64,000 bases of DNA from Minisyncoccia bacterium (GCA_039809245.1 JBDHUP010000001.1:100137-164136), one strand, 5' to 3'; shown: positions 46,144 to 56,649, numbered from the stretch's first letter. Program-made: numbers and translations. Notes: generated by a model from the sequence alone, not told the origin.

Positions 46144-46665
46144 CTATTTTTTATGATGTTCTTTTGTTTGAGTAAACTTATCATGAGCAGTTTCATAATC
46201 AAAAAGTTCACTTTCTGAGAACCAGTGCTTTATTTCTTCTTCAGCTTCTTTCGAATCACCAGAGGCGTGCAAGATATTTGGTAGGCCGATACCCATCTTA
46301 TCTGCATGACCATAACTCATATGAGAATAATCTCCTCGAATAGTACCTGGAAGTGCACTTTTTGATTCAGTCGCTCCAACCATTTTACGTATTACAGTCA
46401 CTGCATCAACACCTTCAAGAACGAAAGCGATAACTGGACCATTTTGCATCATTTTGACTGTTGTATCGAAAATCTTCTGACCATGACGAGTAATCATAGT
46501 TCCTATTTTTTCATAGTGGTGATGATAAAACTCTGTGTCAGGTTTTAACATTTTAGAGCCAACAATTTTTAGACCAACTTTTTCAAACCTTGCAAGAATT
46601 TCGCCGACAATTCCACGCTGTACAGCATCAGGTTTAAAAACTATAAGAGAACGTTCTGTAATCAT
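46144..46665 (-). CDS. ndk: Nucleoside diphosphate kinase
   Basis: Reads RSLIVFKPDAVQRGIVGEIL... with active-site region NILHASGD. Confidence 0.85.
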   Translation of the reverse strand: MITERSLIVFKPDAVQRGIVGEILARFEKVGLKIVGSKMLKPDTEFYHHHYEKIGTMITRHGQKIFDTTVKMMQNGPVIAFVLEGVDAVTVIRKMVGATESKSALPGTIRGDYSHMSYGHADKMGIGLPNILHASGDSKEAEEEIKHWFSESELFDYETAHDKFTQTKEHHKK

Positions 46666-46738
46666 ATTTTAATATAAATAAATAATAAAGTAGGTATAGT
46701 ATACCAGAAAAACCTTAAATCGCAAGCTATTTTCTATA

Positions 46739-49480
46739 TTATCCTTGCTGTCTATACTTATCCATAATCTCGGCTTCGACTTCTTCGCGCTCACGGCCAA
46801 ACTTCAAATATGAAAGCTCTTTAATCTTCTCGACTATCTCTGGTGTCCCTTGTGGTGGTGGAAATGTGGCAATATTGAATGGCTTTGTCGGCTGGCCATT
46901 TATGAGCATCGATATATATGCATTACGATTCTCAATTTTCATAATATCAGCTGCAGAGAATACAGGCTTGAATTTGTTTTCGAGGAATTGCGCATCTTCG
47001 CCACCGACTCGGAACACAGCCATAGAACCAACGTTGCCGAAAACAGCATCTCGAATATTCTCTTCAAGTTGAGCTATATACTGGTGAGCAACAGTTAGAG
47101 ATAAGCGGTACTTACGAGCTTCAGATAGAATAGATTCTATGGAGTCAGTAGTCACGTTTTGGAACTCGTCTATATACAAGAAGAAGTCTTCCATTTTTTT
47201 ACCATACATATCTACACGAGAAAGCGCGGCCATTTGTATCTTGTTTACAATTAAAAGACCTATTAGATTCGCATTTATATCGCCAAGGCGTCCTTTCGAA
47301 AGGTTCACAAGCAAAATCTTTTTATTATCCATGATATCTCGGAAGTTGAACACTGATTTCTCTTGAAGGACCACAGGGCGCATGATGTCATTCGAAATAA
47401 AATTATCGAATTTTGAAGTGATATATGGCACGAAGTTGGCAATAGATTGATCACCTGTTGTTTGCTCTGCACTCCTCCAGAACTGAGTTATTATTGGGTT
47501 CTTACAGTGTGAAAGCTTCATATCACGGAATTCTTTATCCGCAAGAACGCGACCAATCTCAAGTAAAGTTGCTCCAGATTCAGGATGCTCCATCACAAGG
47601 AAAGCTGAGTTTTTGAAATACTGTTCGAACATTGGACCTCCAGATGTCTTCATATCAAAAAGCTTGTTAAAGATATTCATTAATTCGTTAACTACAAAAG
47701 TCTTCTGCTCTGGATACTTTGGATCATACTCAAGCATATTGAGCCCCATAGGTCGCGCTGTGTAAGCCGGATCGAAATAAATAACGTCGTCAATTCGCTC
47801 TTTTGGAATGTAGCTAAGAATATCTTGGATATCTGTACCATGCGGATCAATATAACAAACTCCGTGACCGGCTTTGATATCCTGAGCGATCATATTCTTC
47901 ATAATTGTAGTCTTTCCTGTACCTGTTTGACCTATAACATACAAATGGCGCATTCGATCTTCATCAGCAAAGTGTACTTCGGTATCTTTCCCTCTATAAC
48001 TATTTATACCGAGCTTAATACCTTCTGATCCCATCTCTATTGGAGCAGGGGCTATGCCAGCACGAGCTTGTTTGAGCTGAGGAGAGACGATGCCATATGG
48101 GAAGTGAAAGATTGTAGCAAGCTCTTTGAGATTTAGTGGCATAGAATACTTCTGTGAAAACATACGATATGAGAAATCGTGAACCAGTGCATTCAAGTCA
48201 GAACCTTGTGGGTGATTAAAATTAAAACTATTACGGTGTGATTCAGTGAATTGATTAAAAGAAGATTCAATATCAGCTAGAATCTGATCCGCGCGAGTTT
48301 TGCTTTCCGCCGAAGCAACGATACGAATATTGGCAGCCATTATAGTACTCTTCATTTTCTCTGTAATGCTTTCTATCGCTTTGTCGTTGATCTTTTTCTC
48401 TTCTTTTTCTTTTGATTCACCGAAAATCATGCCTTTTGCTAACTTACCGAACTCTTTACCGAATTGACGAACAACACTAGAAGCTGTTTTAACTGACATT
48501 CCCTCTTTGACATCACCTAATATAGTGTGGAATTTTTTTATTATTTCATCATCCTCTGGACATATTGTGAATTGTATTGAGGCTCCTTCACCAGACTTCT
48601 TAAGTTTAGTGAAAACATTAAGAATTATATTTAGTGGATCGTGGTCTATGGCGTCATATAATTTGATAGGATAGACCTCGTAAGAATCAAGGGTGGCATA
48701 AGAAGCTGAGATGGCTCCCCCTTCGGAGAAAATATTATAATCATCAGGCACTTCGACAATCTTGGCATGAGAATGGACTCCGAGTAACTGTTTCTCAAAT
48801 AGATCAGCTTTATGAGTAGGGACAGCTGTGTAGAATATAAAATGGTCAGTATCTTCTGCTAGAGCAATCTCGAGAGTAAAGTGATTACGGTTATAATTCT
48901 CACGACCTTCACCGACTGAATGCATACCGGCATAGAACTGCTCCATAGCTGAAAGTAACTCCTTTAAACTTTTCTTATTCTTCTCATCATCTTCTGGGTC
49001 AGGTAGAGTGATCTCGAAAAGCTTCATATCTAGAGATTTAAACAGTGGTGTTCCCTCCTTGAGTCCTGGAATCTTATGTGTACTATATAAATACTGGACT
49101 AAGAAACGATGGAAATCATCATCTAGATGGGGATTATTCATCTTACTTATTACAGAAAGAGCGCTAGATATACCTTTACTTAGAAGGACTCCTAGCATTT
49201 CCTCCATTTTATTATCATGTGACTCTGGGTGAAGACGAAGAACAAGCTTTTCTTCTTCTCCTTCTTTCATTACCACATTCTTATGCATTACTTCGTGTGG
49301 TTCAAGCTTTTTGTACTCTTGGATTACATCGTGAGCGAGTGCTTCCTTCGAATATTCTTGACCTTGTTCGCTTAGAGATCTTTCTTTCTCGGCGAGATGC
49401 GCACGTAAAAATTCAAGCTCCTCTTGTGGAGTTTTGAACTTTGGAGCATTGTTTAAATTAAAACCTTCCATTGTATTCAT
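46739..49480 (-). CDS. Large P-loop NTPase of the VirD4/TraG/HerA-FtsK-like superfamily, preceded by a roughly 470-aa N-terminal region of unknown function
   Basis: Walker A VIGQTGTGKTT. Walker B FFLYIDEF. Arginine-finger-like YRLSLTVAHQ. 913 aa. Confidence 0.45.
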   Translation of the reverse strand: MNTMEGFNLNNAPKFKTPQEELEFLRAHLAEKERSLSEQGQEYSKEALAHDVIQEYKKLEPHEVMHKNVVMKEGEEEKLVLRLHPESHDNKMEEMLGVLLSKGISSALSVISKMNNPHLDDDFHRFLVQYLYSTHKIPGLKEGTPLFKSLDMKLFEITLPDPEDDEKNKKSLKELLSAMEQFYAGMHSVGEGRENYNRNHFTLEIALAEDTDHFIFYTAVPTHKADLFEKQLLGVHSHAKIVEVPDDYNIFSEGGAISASYATLDSYEVYPIKLYDAIDHDPLNIILNVFTKLKKSGEGASIQFTICPEDDEIIKKFHTILGDVKEGMSVKTASSVVRQFGKEFGKLAKGMIFGESKEKEEKKINDKAIESITEKMKSTIMAANIRIVASAESKTRADQILADIESSFNQFTESHRNSFNFNHPQGSDLNALVHDFSYRMFSQKYSMPLNLKELATIFHFPYGIVSPQLKQARAGIAPAPIEMGSEGIKLGINSYRGKDTEVHFADEDRMRHLYVIGQTGTGKTTIMKNMIAQDIKAGHGVCYIDPHGTDIQDILSYIPKERIDDVIYFDPAYTARPMGLNMLEYDPKYPEQKTFVVNELMNIFNKLFDMKTSGGPMFEQYFKNSAFLVMEHPESGATLLEIGRVLADKEFRDMKLSHCKNPIITQFWRSAEQTTGDQSIANFVPYITSKFDNFISNDIMRPVVLQEKSVFNFRDIMDNKKILLVNLSKGRLGDINANLIGLLIVNKIQMAALSRVDMYGKKMEDFFLYIDEFQNVTTDSIESILSEARKYRLSLTVAHQYIAQLEENIRDAVFGNVGSMAVFRVGGEDAQFLENKFKPVFSAADIMKIENRNAYISMLINGQPTKPFNIATFPPPQGTPEIVEKIKELSYLKFGREREEVEAEIMDKYRQQG

Positions 49481-49602
49481 TATATCATAACGAAAAAAAC
49501 TACATACTTTTAAATAAGCTCGAGAGCGCGACGGCGCGAACGATTGAGTAAATTTTAAGCTTCAAAATTTACGTGTCATTTAAAAATATGTAGTTTTAGA
49601 AC

Positions 49603-50370
49603 CTAAGCGATAGTTAAAATCTCCGCTTCACCTTCTGTTATTAGAACCGTGTGCTCAAAGTGAGCACTGCGAGAACCATCGGCAGTTTTAATAGTGTATC
49701 CATCAGACATACTTATAATCCCAGCTTTACCTATATTGAGCATTGGTTCTATAGCTACTACCATACCAGGAATAAGTTTCTGCCCTTTGCCTTTTTTACC
49801 AAAGTTTGGAATATATGGATCTTCGTGGATTTTCTTCCCTACTCCATGACCAGATAGCTCACGAACGATACCATACTTCTTCCCAACAAACTTCTCTATC
49901 GCATAGCCTATATCTCCTACTGTATTACCGCCTTTCGCTTGCTCTATTCCCACTAGGAGTGCTTCGTGTGTAATCTCGAGGAGCTTTTGTGAATCTTTAT
50001 TTATCTTACCGACTGGGACAGTCATGGCGTGGTCAGTAAATAGGCCTTTGTGCTTTAGTCCGAGATCAATAGAAATAATATCTCCTTCTTTAAGAATTCT
50101 ACTTTCTTTTGGAATACCGTGAACTATCTCGTTATTTACTGACGTACAGAGCGAGGCAGGATAAGCTTTCGGATGGCCTTCAGGTTTATAGTTTAAGAAA
50201 GCTGGCTCATCTCCACCCTCTTTTATGAGTTTATAAGCATAATCATCGAGCTCCTTTGTAGTCACTCCTGGAGCCACTTTCTTCGCCACCTGCGCCAAAA
50301 TAGAAGCAAGCCTATGCCCCCCTTCCCTTATAATCTCTATTTCTTCAGGCGTTTTAATGATAACTGCCAT
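49603..50370 (-). CDS. map: Methionine aminopeptidase type I
   Basis: Pita-bread fold metal ligands (D...D...H...E...E) in the canonical order. 255 aa. Confidence 0.9.
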   Translation of the reverse strand: MAVIIKTPEEIEIIREGGHRLASILAQVAKKVAPGVTTKELDDYAYKLIKEGGDEPAFLNYKPEGHPKAYPASLCTSVNNEIVHGIPKESRILKEGDIISIDLGLKHKGLFTDHAMTVPVGKINKDSQKLLEITHEALLVGIEQAKGGNTVGDIGYAIEKFVGKKYGIVRELSGHGVGKKIHEDPYIPNFGKKGKGQKLIPGMVVAIEPMLNIGKAGIISMSDGYTIKTADGSRSAHFEHTVLITEGEAEILTIA

Positions 50371-50399
50371 ATAAGGCTTATACTACCAGAACCACCGTT

Positions 50400-51014
50400 T
50401 TATACAACTTCCTGCTGATAGCAGGATTCACAATACAAAATAGGAGCAGTTTCTTTGCTTAAATTAGTAGTTACTTCTTTATTACAATTTGAACACTCTC
50501 TTGTAAAGAATTTGAATTCACCACGACGAGTGAGGCGATCCTTATGGCGACAGAAGAAACATTTACGTGGTAATGGTAAGTACATCTTCTTGTAGAAAAG
50601 TAATTCTTGCTCAGTAATTTTATAATTACGTTCGCAGTCCTTACAAACTAAAATTTCATTTGTAATACTATCTAATACCTCATCTATATGGTCAGGGATT
50701 TGTTCAGGTTTAAGTGTTTCTTTACCTTTTGTCATCTGAATATCATCTTCCCATCGAAAACCTAAAGACAAAGCTTCTTCTTTAGTTAAAGGAAAATTAT
50801 CTTGACCAATTGTTTCATTGTAAGCAAAAGGTGCAATATGTGCTGGCATCATCAGACCATGTACTCCTTTGTCTGTAAGCTCTCTTACAATATGATCTTT
50901 CAGTTTTAAATATTCTTCTTTCGAATACTCTTTATTAAAAATTGAATACTTACCATTTTTAAGAGCATCACAACCAATACATTCTTGGCAGTTCCTAATA
51001 TCAAAAGAATACAT
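50400..51014 (-). CDS. Cys-rich zinc-ribbon protein with a C-terminal CxxC...FYKKM.LP.P..C..CR module
   Basis: Reads CKDCERNYKITEQELLFYKKMYLPLPRKCFFCRHKDRL...CSNCNKEV...CESC. Confidence 0.5.
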   Translation of the reverse strand: MYSFDIRNCQECIGCDALKNGKYSIFNKEYSKEEYLKLKDHIVRELTDKGVHGLMMPAHIAPFAYNETIGQDNFPLTKEEALSLGFRWEDDIQMTKGKETLKPEQIPDHIDEVLDSITNEILVCKDCERNYKITEQELLFYKKMYLPLPRKCFFCRHKDRLTRRGEFKFFTRECSNCNKEVTTNLSKETAPILYCESCYQQEVV

Positions 51015-51133
51015 AATATCACTTGAATTTTCAGCCCAATATGAGCCAATAATATTACTAGAATAACCTGTAGCTACAACTTCAAGTAGTCGCTCAGATT
51101 TTGTACCATAGCCTATAGTTCCAAGAGAATCTT

Positions 51134-52066
51134 TTATTTTGTTTTAGATGAAAATAAATAACGACAATCTTCAGCCTTTGCGGCCTCAAAAGAATTAAAA
51201 ACATTTTTGCATTCATTTAAATAATCCCCAATTGAATTTGTTGTTTTTAAATTATTATTTTCCCTTCTTGGCAAAGTTTTACAAAATTCTTTAAACTTTT
51301 CTTTAGCTTCTTCAAATTTTTGATAGCTTCCTTTTATCTCCTTAAGCTTATTTAAATATTCTTCAGAACTTAATTGTTCATTAAACCAACAATGACTCTT
51401 ATTTCTTAAGTTAACACAACCAAAACAATTAGTTAGTCCACTACCATTTAATATGAAATATGAATCCACGCAACCATTAACATTTTGACCCCATATAGTG
51501 CTTGCTGATTCTTGAACGTTAACACACTCATAACAACGTTCAAAACTGACTCCAAAATAAATATCTGATGAATCAAGACCATTTTTAACACCTCGAGAAT
51601 AGAGTAATTCGTCAGCGGGACTTGTATTAAAAACAAGATAGCAATTTTTACAACCACCAGCCATATTTACATATTCACTATTTATATTTTGACCATCTCC
51701 AGTAGAAATACCCAAGTTTATTTTTGGTACTTTTATTAAAAATTCTTTCATTTGATCGAAGAATGGGCGTGATATATCATAATCTATAGAATAATCTTTT
51801 GGGTCCCATTTCTCAGAATAAAAACAATCATAACAATAAATTGTATATGGTGATTTAGGGTTATACATAGACATTACACTTTTTTCGCATAATCCGCATT
51901 TTCTTCCTGAATATAATGTCAGCTCATTACGCCAAACAGCTCTCATCTTAAAACGACATTCGGGGCAAACATGTGGAACAGGAACTTTCATCTTCTTATA
52001 GAAAGAAAAGTCGTCGGATTCGATATTGAAGGAGTTTTTGCAGTTTTGGCAGACACGAGTTTCCAT
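51134..52066 (-). CDS. Cys-rich zinc-ribbon protein with an N-terminal CxxC...FYKKM.VP.P..C..CR module
   Basis: Reads CQNCKNSFNIESDDFSFYKKMKVPVPHVCPECRFKMRAVWRNELTLYSGRKCGLCEKSV, plus further CxxC pairs. Confidence 0.5.
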   Translation of the reverse strand: METRVCQNCKNSFNIESDDFSFYKKMKVPVPHVCPECRFKMRAVWRNELTLYSGRKCGLCEKSVMSMYNPKSPYTIYCYDCFYSEKWDPKDYSIDYDISRPFFDQMKEFLIKVPKINLGISTGDGQNINSEYVNMAGGCKNCYLVFNTSPADELLYSRGVKNGLDSSDIYFGVSFERCYECVNVQESASTIWGQNVNGCVDSYFILNGSGLTNCFGCVNLRNKSHCWFNEQLSSEEYLNKLKEIKGSYQKFEEAKEKFKEFCKTLPRRENNNLKTTNSIGDYLNECKNVFNSFEAAKAEDCRYLFSSKTK

Positions 52067-52089
52067 ATATTGTATTGTACACGAGGAGC

Positions 52090-52776
52090 TTAATGTATCA
52101 CAGTACCCAAGAATTTGTCTCCATTTAAGTAATTTTTAAGATTATCTATATTCTTACCATTCATTATGACTACTTCGAGCTCTAGTTCTTCCGCTTTCTC
52201 TGCGGCTATTGGGTCAAATGGTGCGTTGAGTCCTGGGTTCCATTCTGAAGGAAGAATTTTACGGAAGTCTGCCCATGAAGATTGCTCTATCTTTACTGCA
52301 TCTGGGAACTTTTTCGGATCTTTATCATAAGCATAATCAATATTTGAAAGATTAATCACAACTTTGGCTTTAACGCTATTTGCAGCGTGAACAGCAGCAA
52401 GGTCACTAGAGTTCCCTGGTTTCCAGCCACCACCAAGAATAACACCTTTATCGGTTTGTGGGACAGCATCTGGATCCATCACTATAGAACTATGAGCTAT
52501 ATCACCGAAGCTGACTCGCAAGAGTTCAGCATTGAGTCTAGTAGAAGCAATTCCTATCCAATCTAAATCAATATCATTTGAATCTGATATTTTTTTTAAT
52601 GATTCTATGTAGTTGCGCGCAGTATGTCCGCCACCAGTAATGACGACAAATCTAAAACCTTTATCTATATATTCTTTTATAGTGTTAACAAACTCTTTAA
52701 TGAAAACTACATCTATCTCATTAGGAACAATGAGTGACCCACCAAGTGAGATGATAATGTAATCTTCTTTATTCAT
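52090..52776 (-). CDS. pyrH: Uridylate (UMP) kinase, amino-acid-kinase fold
   Basis: Reads IIISLGGSLIV...FVVITGGGHTARNYI.... 228 aa. Confidence 0.6.
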   Translation of the reverse strand: MNKEDYIIISLGGSLIVPNEIDVVFIKEFVNTIKEYIDKGFRFVVITGGGHTARNYIESLKKISDSNDIDLDWIGIASTRLNAELLRVSFGDIAHSSIVMDPDAVPQTDKGVILGGGWKPGNSSDLAAVHAANSVKAKVVINLSNIDYAYDKDPKKFPDAVKIEQSSWADFRKILPSEWNPGLNAPFDPIAAEKAEELELEVVIMNGKNIDNLKNYLNGDKFLGTVIH

Positions 52777-52777
52777 A

Positions 52778-53371
52778 CTAGAGGCCCAAAGTCTTAATTA
52801 ATTCATTGTGAACATCTTCTATGCTCTGCTCACCATTTACTGTATATATTGTGTATCCACCTTTATCTTTGAAGTAGAGCATCGCTGGTACGACATTGTT
52901 CACATATTCATCGAAACGCTTTGCTATACCTTCATCTGTATCGTCTGAGCGTCCACGGAGTTTCATTCTTTTAACTGCTTCTTCTTTCTCAACTTTAATA
53001 TAAACTATCTTTATATCTTCTCTTTTATAGAAATCCATCGCAGCTTCAAGAACTTCTGACTGAGTAGTAGTACGTGGAAAACCATCAACTATAAGGTTAG
53101 TCTCCGGTTCAAGTGAAGAGATGAGAATGTTAGTGAAAACTCCAATTGTAAGGAAGTTCGGTTGTAGCCAACCTTGTTCTAGTGTCTCTTTTACAAGTTG
53201 ACCTGTGTAGTTACCACTCTCTACGATCTTCCTGAATTCAGATCCTGGGTAGATAGAGGCAATGTTTAGATTTGAGTTTTTTTCTTTTAAATACTTTTTT
53301 AGTAATTCTATTTGAGTTCCTTTTCCAGAACCAACGATACCAAAGAATATAAATGTTTGTGGTTTTTGCAT
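52778..53371 (-). CDS. adk: Adenylate kinase (short type)
   Basis: P-loop FFGIVGSGKGTQ. DGFPRT motif. Follows secY as in the canonical operon. Confidence 0.85.
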   Translation of the reverse strand: MQKPQTFIFFGIVGSGKGTQIELLKKYLKEKNSNLNIASIYPGSEFRKIVESGNYTGQLVKETLEQGWLQPNFLTIGVFTNILISSLEPETNLIVDGFPRTTTQSEVLEAAMDFYKREDIKIVYIKVEKEEAVKRMKLRGRSDDTDEGIAKRFDEYVNNVVPAMLYFKDKGGYTIYTVNGEQSIEDVHNELIKTLGL

Positions 53372-53429
53372 ATGTTTTTATTATATACTAAAAATTTGGG
53401 ATTAAAAAATCCCATAATAATGGGATTTT

Positions 53430-54701
53430 TTAATACTCTCTCATTGATAGTTGAGCTTCAACTTTCTTGATTAGATCAAGAACAACAGAAACAACAATCA
53501 GAAGAGCTGTACCCCCGATAGCGAAAGCTGTAATACCTGTGACTGCTCGAACAATAAGAGGAAGTACAGCAATTAATCCAAGAAATACAGCGCCCATCAT
53601 AGTGATACGATTCAAAATCTTCGCAATGTAATCACGAGTAGCCGGACCTGGACGGATACCTGGGATAAACGCACCGTTTTTCTGAAGATTAGTAGAGAGT
53701 TGGTCAGGATCAAAAGTAACAGCAGTATAGAAATATGTAAACAAAAATACAAAGATAAAGTAGAAGAGTGAATACAACCAAGTATTACCAACGAACCATA
53801 GAAGTCCCTTTGAGATACTTAGTAATATATGATTACTACTAGCGGCAAGGAAGTTACCAATCAGCTGAGGAAATAGCATTATAGAAAGAGCGAAGATTAT
53901 CGGGATAACTCCTGCTTGGTTCACACGTAGTGGTAGATATGTCTGAGTACCACCGGCAACCTTGTCCCCTCTGACTTGCTTAGCATAAGTTACAGGGATT
54001 GGTCTTTCAGCTTCAGAAACAACAACAACACCAGCAACAATAAGAAATCCTACAGCAAGGAAAAGGATATAGACTGGAAGGTTAGACATATCGAAAGTAA
54101 ATAGGAATTGAGAAACTTCCTTTGGAATGTTCGCTACTATACCAGCAAAGATTATAAGTGAGACACCATTACCAATACCGAACTCAGACATTAACTCTCC
54201 GATCCACATTATAAGAATTGAACCAGCTACAACAACTGAAAGGTTAGCAAACATCGCAAATGGTGTTAGGTCTACAAGGATACCTTGACGCTTTAGAACT
54301 ATAAGCAAACTCAAGCCTTGAATAACTGCAAGCGGGATAGTTATCATTCTACTTAGCTGTGTAAACTTCTTGCGTCCAATCTCCCCATCTTCCTGATATA
54401 AAGCTTTAAGTCTTGGAGACATTATAGTTAGAAGTTGCATTATGATTGATGAAGTAATGTATGGACCTACTCCAAGCATAAGAATAGATAAGTGAGATAG
54501 CCCACCACCAGAGAAAAGGTTTAGCACTCCAAGGAACTGATTATTAGCTATAAAAGACTGAAGTTTTACTGAATCGATTCCAGGAATAGGAATGACTGAA
54601 AGTAGTCGGAACACAATAAATGCACCTAACACGAATAAGACACGAAATCTCAGTGCCTTATCGGTGAATATCATTTTTATTTTGTTCCAAACAGTTTCCA
54701 T
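53430..54701 (-). CDS. secY: Preprotein translocase subunit SecY
   Basis: 423 aa with 10 TM helices and canonical SecY motifs. Confidence 0.95.
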   Translation of the reverse strand: METVWNKIKMIFTDKALRFRVLFVLGAFIVFRLLSVIPIPGIDSVKLQSFIANNQFLGVLNLFSGGGLSHLSILMLGVGPYITSSIIMQLLTIMSPRLKALYQEDGEIGRKKFTQLSRMITIPLAVIQGLSLLIVLKRQGILVDLTPFAMFANLSVVVAGSILIMWIGELMSEFGIGNGVSLIIFAGIVANIPKEVSQFLFTFDMSNLPVYILFLAVGFLIVAGVVVVSEAERPIPVTYAKQVRGDKVAGGTQTYLPLRVNQAGVIPIIFALSIMLFPQLIGNFLAASSNHILLSISKGLLWFVGNTWLYSLFYFIFVFLFTYFYTAVTFDPDQLSTNLQKNGAFIPGIRPGPATRDYIAKILNRITMMGAVFLGLIAVLPLIVRAVTGITAFAIGGTALLIVVSVVLDLIKKVEAQLSMREY

Positions 54702-54703
54702 AT

Positions 54704-55132
54704 TTATTTAACGCTCCCTCCTGCTTTTTCGATTTTAGTACGAGCAGAAGCTGAGACTGTACATCCTTCGATAGATAACTTCACATTTATCTCTCCGTTG
54801 CCGAGTATCTTTACACTAGAAGCTGTTCCACCTGATCGTCGGATAAGGTTCTTCTCAAGTAGTGTTTTAGGATTTACAACTGATCCTGAAGCAAAAACGT
54901 TAAGTTCTCCTACATTCACTGGAGTTGCTTTCTCTGTGTGAGAAGCAAATCTATATCCTCGAAGTTTCGGGATCTTCTTTATTATATCACGCATCTGTGG
55001 GCGACGTTTATTACCTGCGCGAGCTGTCTGACCCTTACCTCCACGGCCTGAAGTCTTACCACGAGTACCTCCACGACCTACTTGTCGTGCTTTCTTATTT
55101 GGATGTTCTCTTTTTAGTGTGTTTAATTGCAT
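54704..55132 (-). CDS. rplO: 50S ribosomal protein L15
   Basis: GRGGTRGKTSGRGGKGQ motif. Confidence 0.9.
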   Translation of the reverse strand: MQLNTLKREHPNKKARQVGRGGTRGKTSGRGGKGQTARAGNKRRPQMRDIIKKIPKLRGYRFASHTEKATPVNVGELNVFASGSVVNPKTLLEKNLIRRSGGTASSVKILGNGEINVKLSIEGCTVSASARTKIEKAGGSVK

Positions 55133-55138
55133 AAAATA

Positions 55139-55744
55139 TTATTTAACTTCTTCTTTATCTTCAGCTATAGCATCAGTTACTACTGGAGCCACTTTCGGAA
55201 GTGAAGATTTAGCACGAAGCTGATAAAGTGTCGCATATGCTACACGGGCATTGTTAAGTTTATTCTTACTACCTGAGTTAAGCTTAGCTGTAACGTTCTT
55301 TAGTCCTGCAAGAATCAGCATATCGCGAACAGTACTACCAGCTACAAGACCTTTGCCTCGATTAGGCATCATTGTGAGTTTTGAACTTGAGAATTTATCA
55401 GATACTTCATGAGGGATAGACATATCCTTTGTTGTCTTTATCTTGAACATATTCTTCTTTGCTTGGCGAAGAGCCTTTGCAATAGCAAGAGCAGTATCTC
55501 CACCCTTACCTGTTCCAAGTCCAATTGAACCTTTCTTATCACCAATAGCAAGAGCAACAGCAAATGTCATACGGCGTCCTCCAGCAACCACACGAGTCAC
55601 ACGGCGGATAGAAACCATCTTCTGGTCAAATTCTGGCTTTGGTCTCTCGAAGAAAGCACGTGGCTTGCGCTCACCTCCTTCTCTACGTGGACCATTTGAA
55701 GATCTTGTACCTGCTGTATTATGATTTTTCTTTGTTGTATCCAT
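55139..55744 (-). CDS. rpsE: 30S ribosomal protein S5, with an N-terminal basic extension
   Basis: IRRVTRVVAGGRRMTFAVALAIGDKKGSIGLGTGK. Confidence 0.9.
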   Translation of the reverse strand: MDTTKKNHNTAGTRSSNGPRREGGERKPRAFFERPKPEFDQKMVSIRRVTRVVAGGRRMTFAVALAIGDKKGSIGLGTGKGGDTALAIAKALRQAKKNMFKIKTTKDMSIPHEVSDKFSSSKLTMMPNRGKGLVAGSTVRDMLILAGLKNVTAKLNSGSKNKLNNARVAYATLYQLRAKSSLPKVAPVVTDAIAEDKEEVK

Positions 55745-55753
55745 ATATTTATA

Positions 55754-56095
55754 TTAAAACTTAAGACCAGCTTCACGAGCTCCATCTGCTAGGGCTTTCA
55801 CACGACCAGTGTATTTAAAACCATTACGATCAAATACGACTGCTTTGATTCCCTTCTCTATAGCAAGTTTTGCAACTGTAGCACCAGTAGCTTGAGCTCT
55901 CTCTGTCTTTGTGCCTTTCTTAGTAGCCATATCAGAAGCAGATACTAATGTAAGTCCTTTTGCATCATCGATAACCTGCGCATAGATAAACTGATTTGAT
56001 CGGAAAACAGAAAGGCGAGGCTGTGTAGAAGTACCGTTTATCTTGTTGCGGATTTTTTTCTTTAATCTTATTCTTTTTTCTAATTTTTTGTTCAT
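55754..56095 (-). CDS. rplR: 50S ribosomal protein L18
   Basis: Reads [18 protein letters not shown]... Confidence 0.9.
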   Translation of the reverse strand: MNKKLEKRIRLKKKIRNKINGTSTQPRLSVFRSNQFIYAQVIDDAKGLTLVSASDMATKKGTKTERAQATGATVAKLAIEKGIKAVVFDRNGFKYTGRVKALADGAREAGLKF

Positions 56096-56112
56096 AATAG
56101 AAATTTAAATAA

Positions 56113-56649
56113 TTATGCAGCCTTCTTACCTTGCTTGCGACGGATAACTTCATCAGAGTATCGGAATCCTTTACCTTTGTATGGTTCTGGTTTCTTCATT
56201 CCACGGACTGAAGCAGTAAATGAGCCAACTAATTCTTTATTCATCCCTGAAACAGTAATAATATTCTTATCAGCAGTGACAGTAAGACCTTCTGGGATTG
56301 GGACTTTCACAGGGTGTGAAAATCCTAATGCAAGGTTTAGAACTGAACCTGCGACATCTGACTTGAATCCAACTCCTTCTAGAATAAGCTTCTTAGTGAA
56401 ACCATTATTTACTCCTTCAATCATATTCTTCACGTGTGAAGCGTATGTGCCCCATAGTGCGTTTACTGTTCTGTCTCCTACTTTATTTGGAGTGAAAGTT
56501 ATCTCACTTCCATTGATATTTATAGTTATATCACCAGGAAAATCGCGAGTAAGTGTACCCTTTGGTCCTTTCACAGAGAAAGTAACACCAGATAGATTTA
56601 CTTCTGTACCTGTGGGAACTATTACTGTTTGTTTTCCTATACGTGACAT
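56113..56649 (-). CDS. rplF: 50S ribosomal protein L6. The start is the internal Met of the ORF-track entry.
   Basis: Reads MSRIGKQTVIVPTGTEVNLSG.... Both L6 repeat domains are present. Confidence 0.9.
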   Translation of the reverse strand: MSRIGKQTVIVPTGTEVNLSGVTFSVKGPKGTLTRDFPGDITININGSEITFTPNKVGDRTVNALWGTYASHVKNMIEGVNNGFTKKLILEGVGFKSDVAGSVLNLALGFSHPVKVPIPEGLTVTADKNIITVSGMNKELVGSFTASVRGMKKPEPYKGKGFRYSDEVIRRKQGKKAA

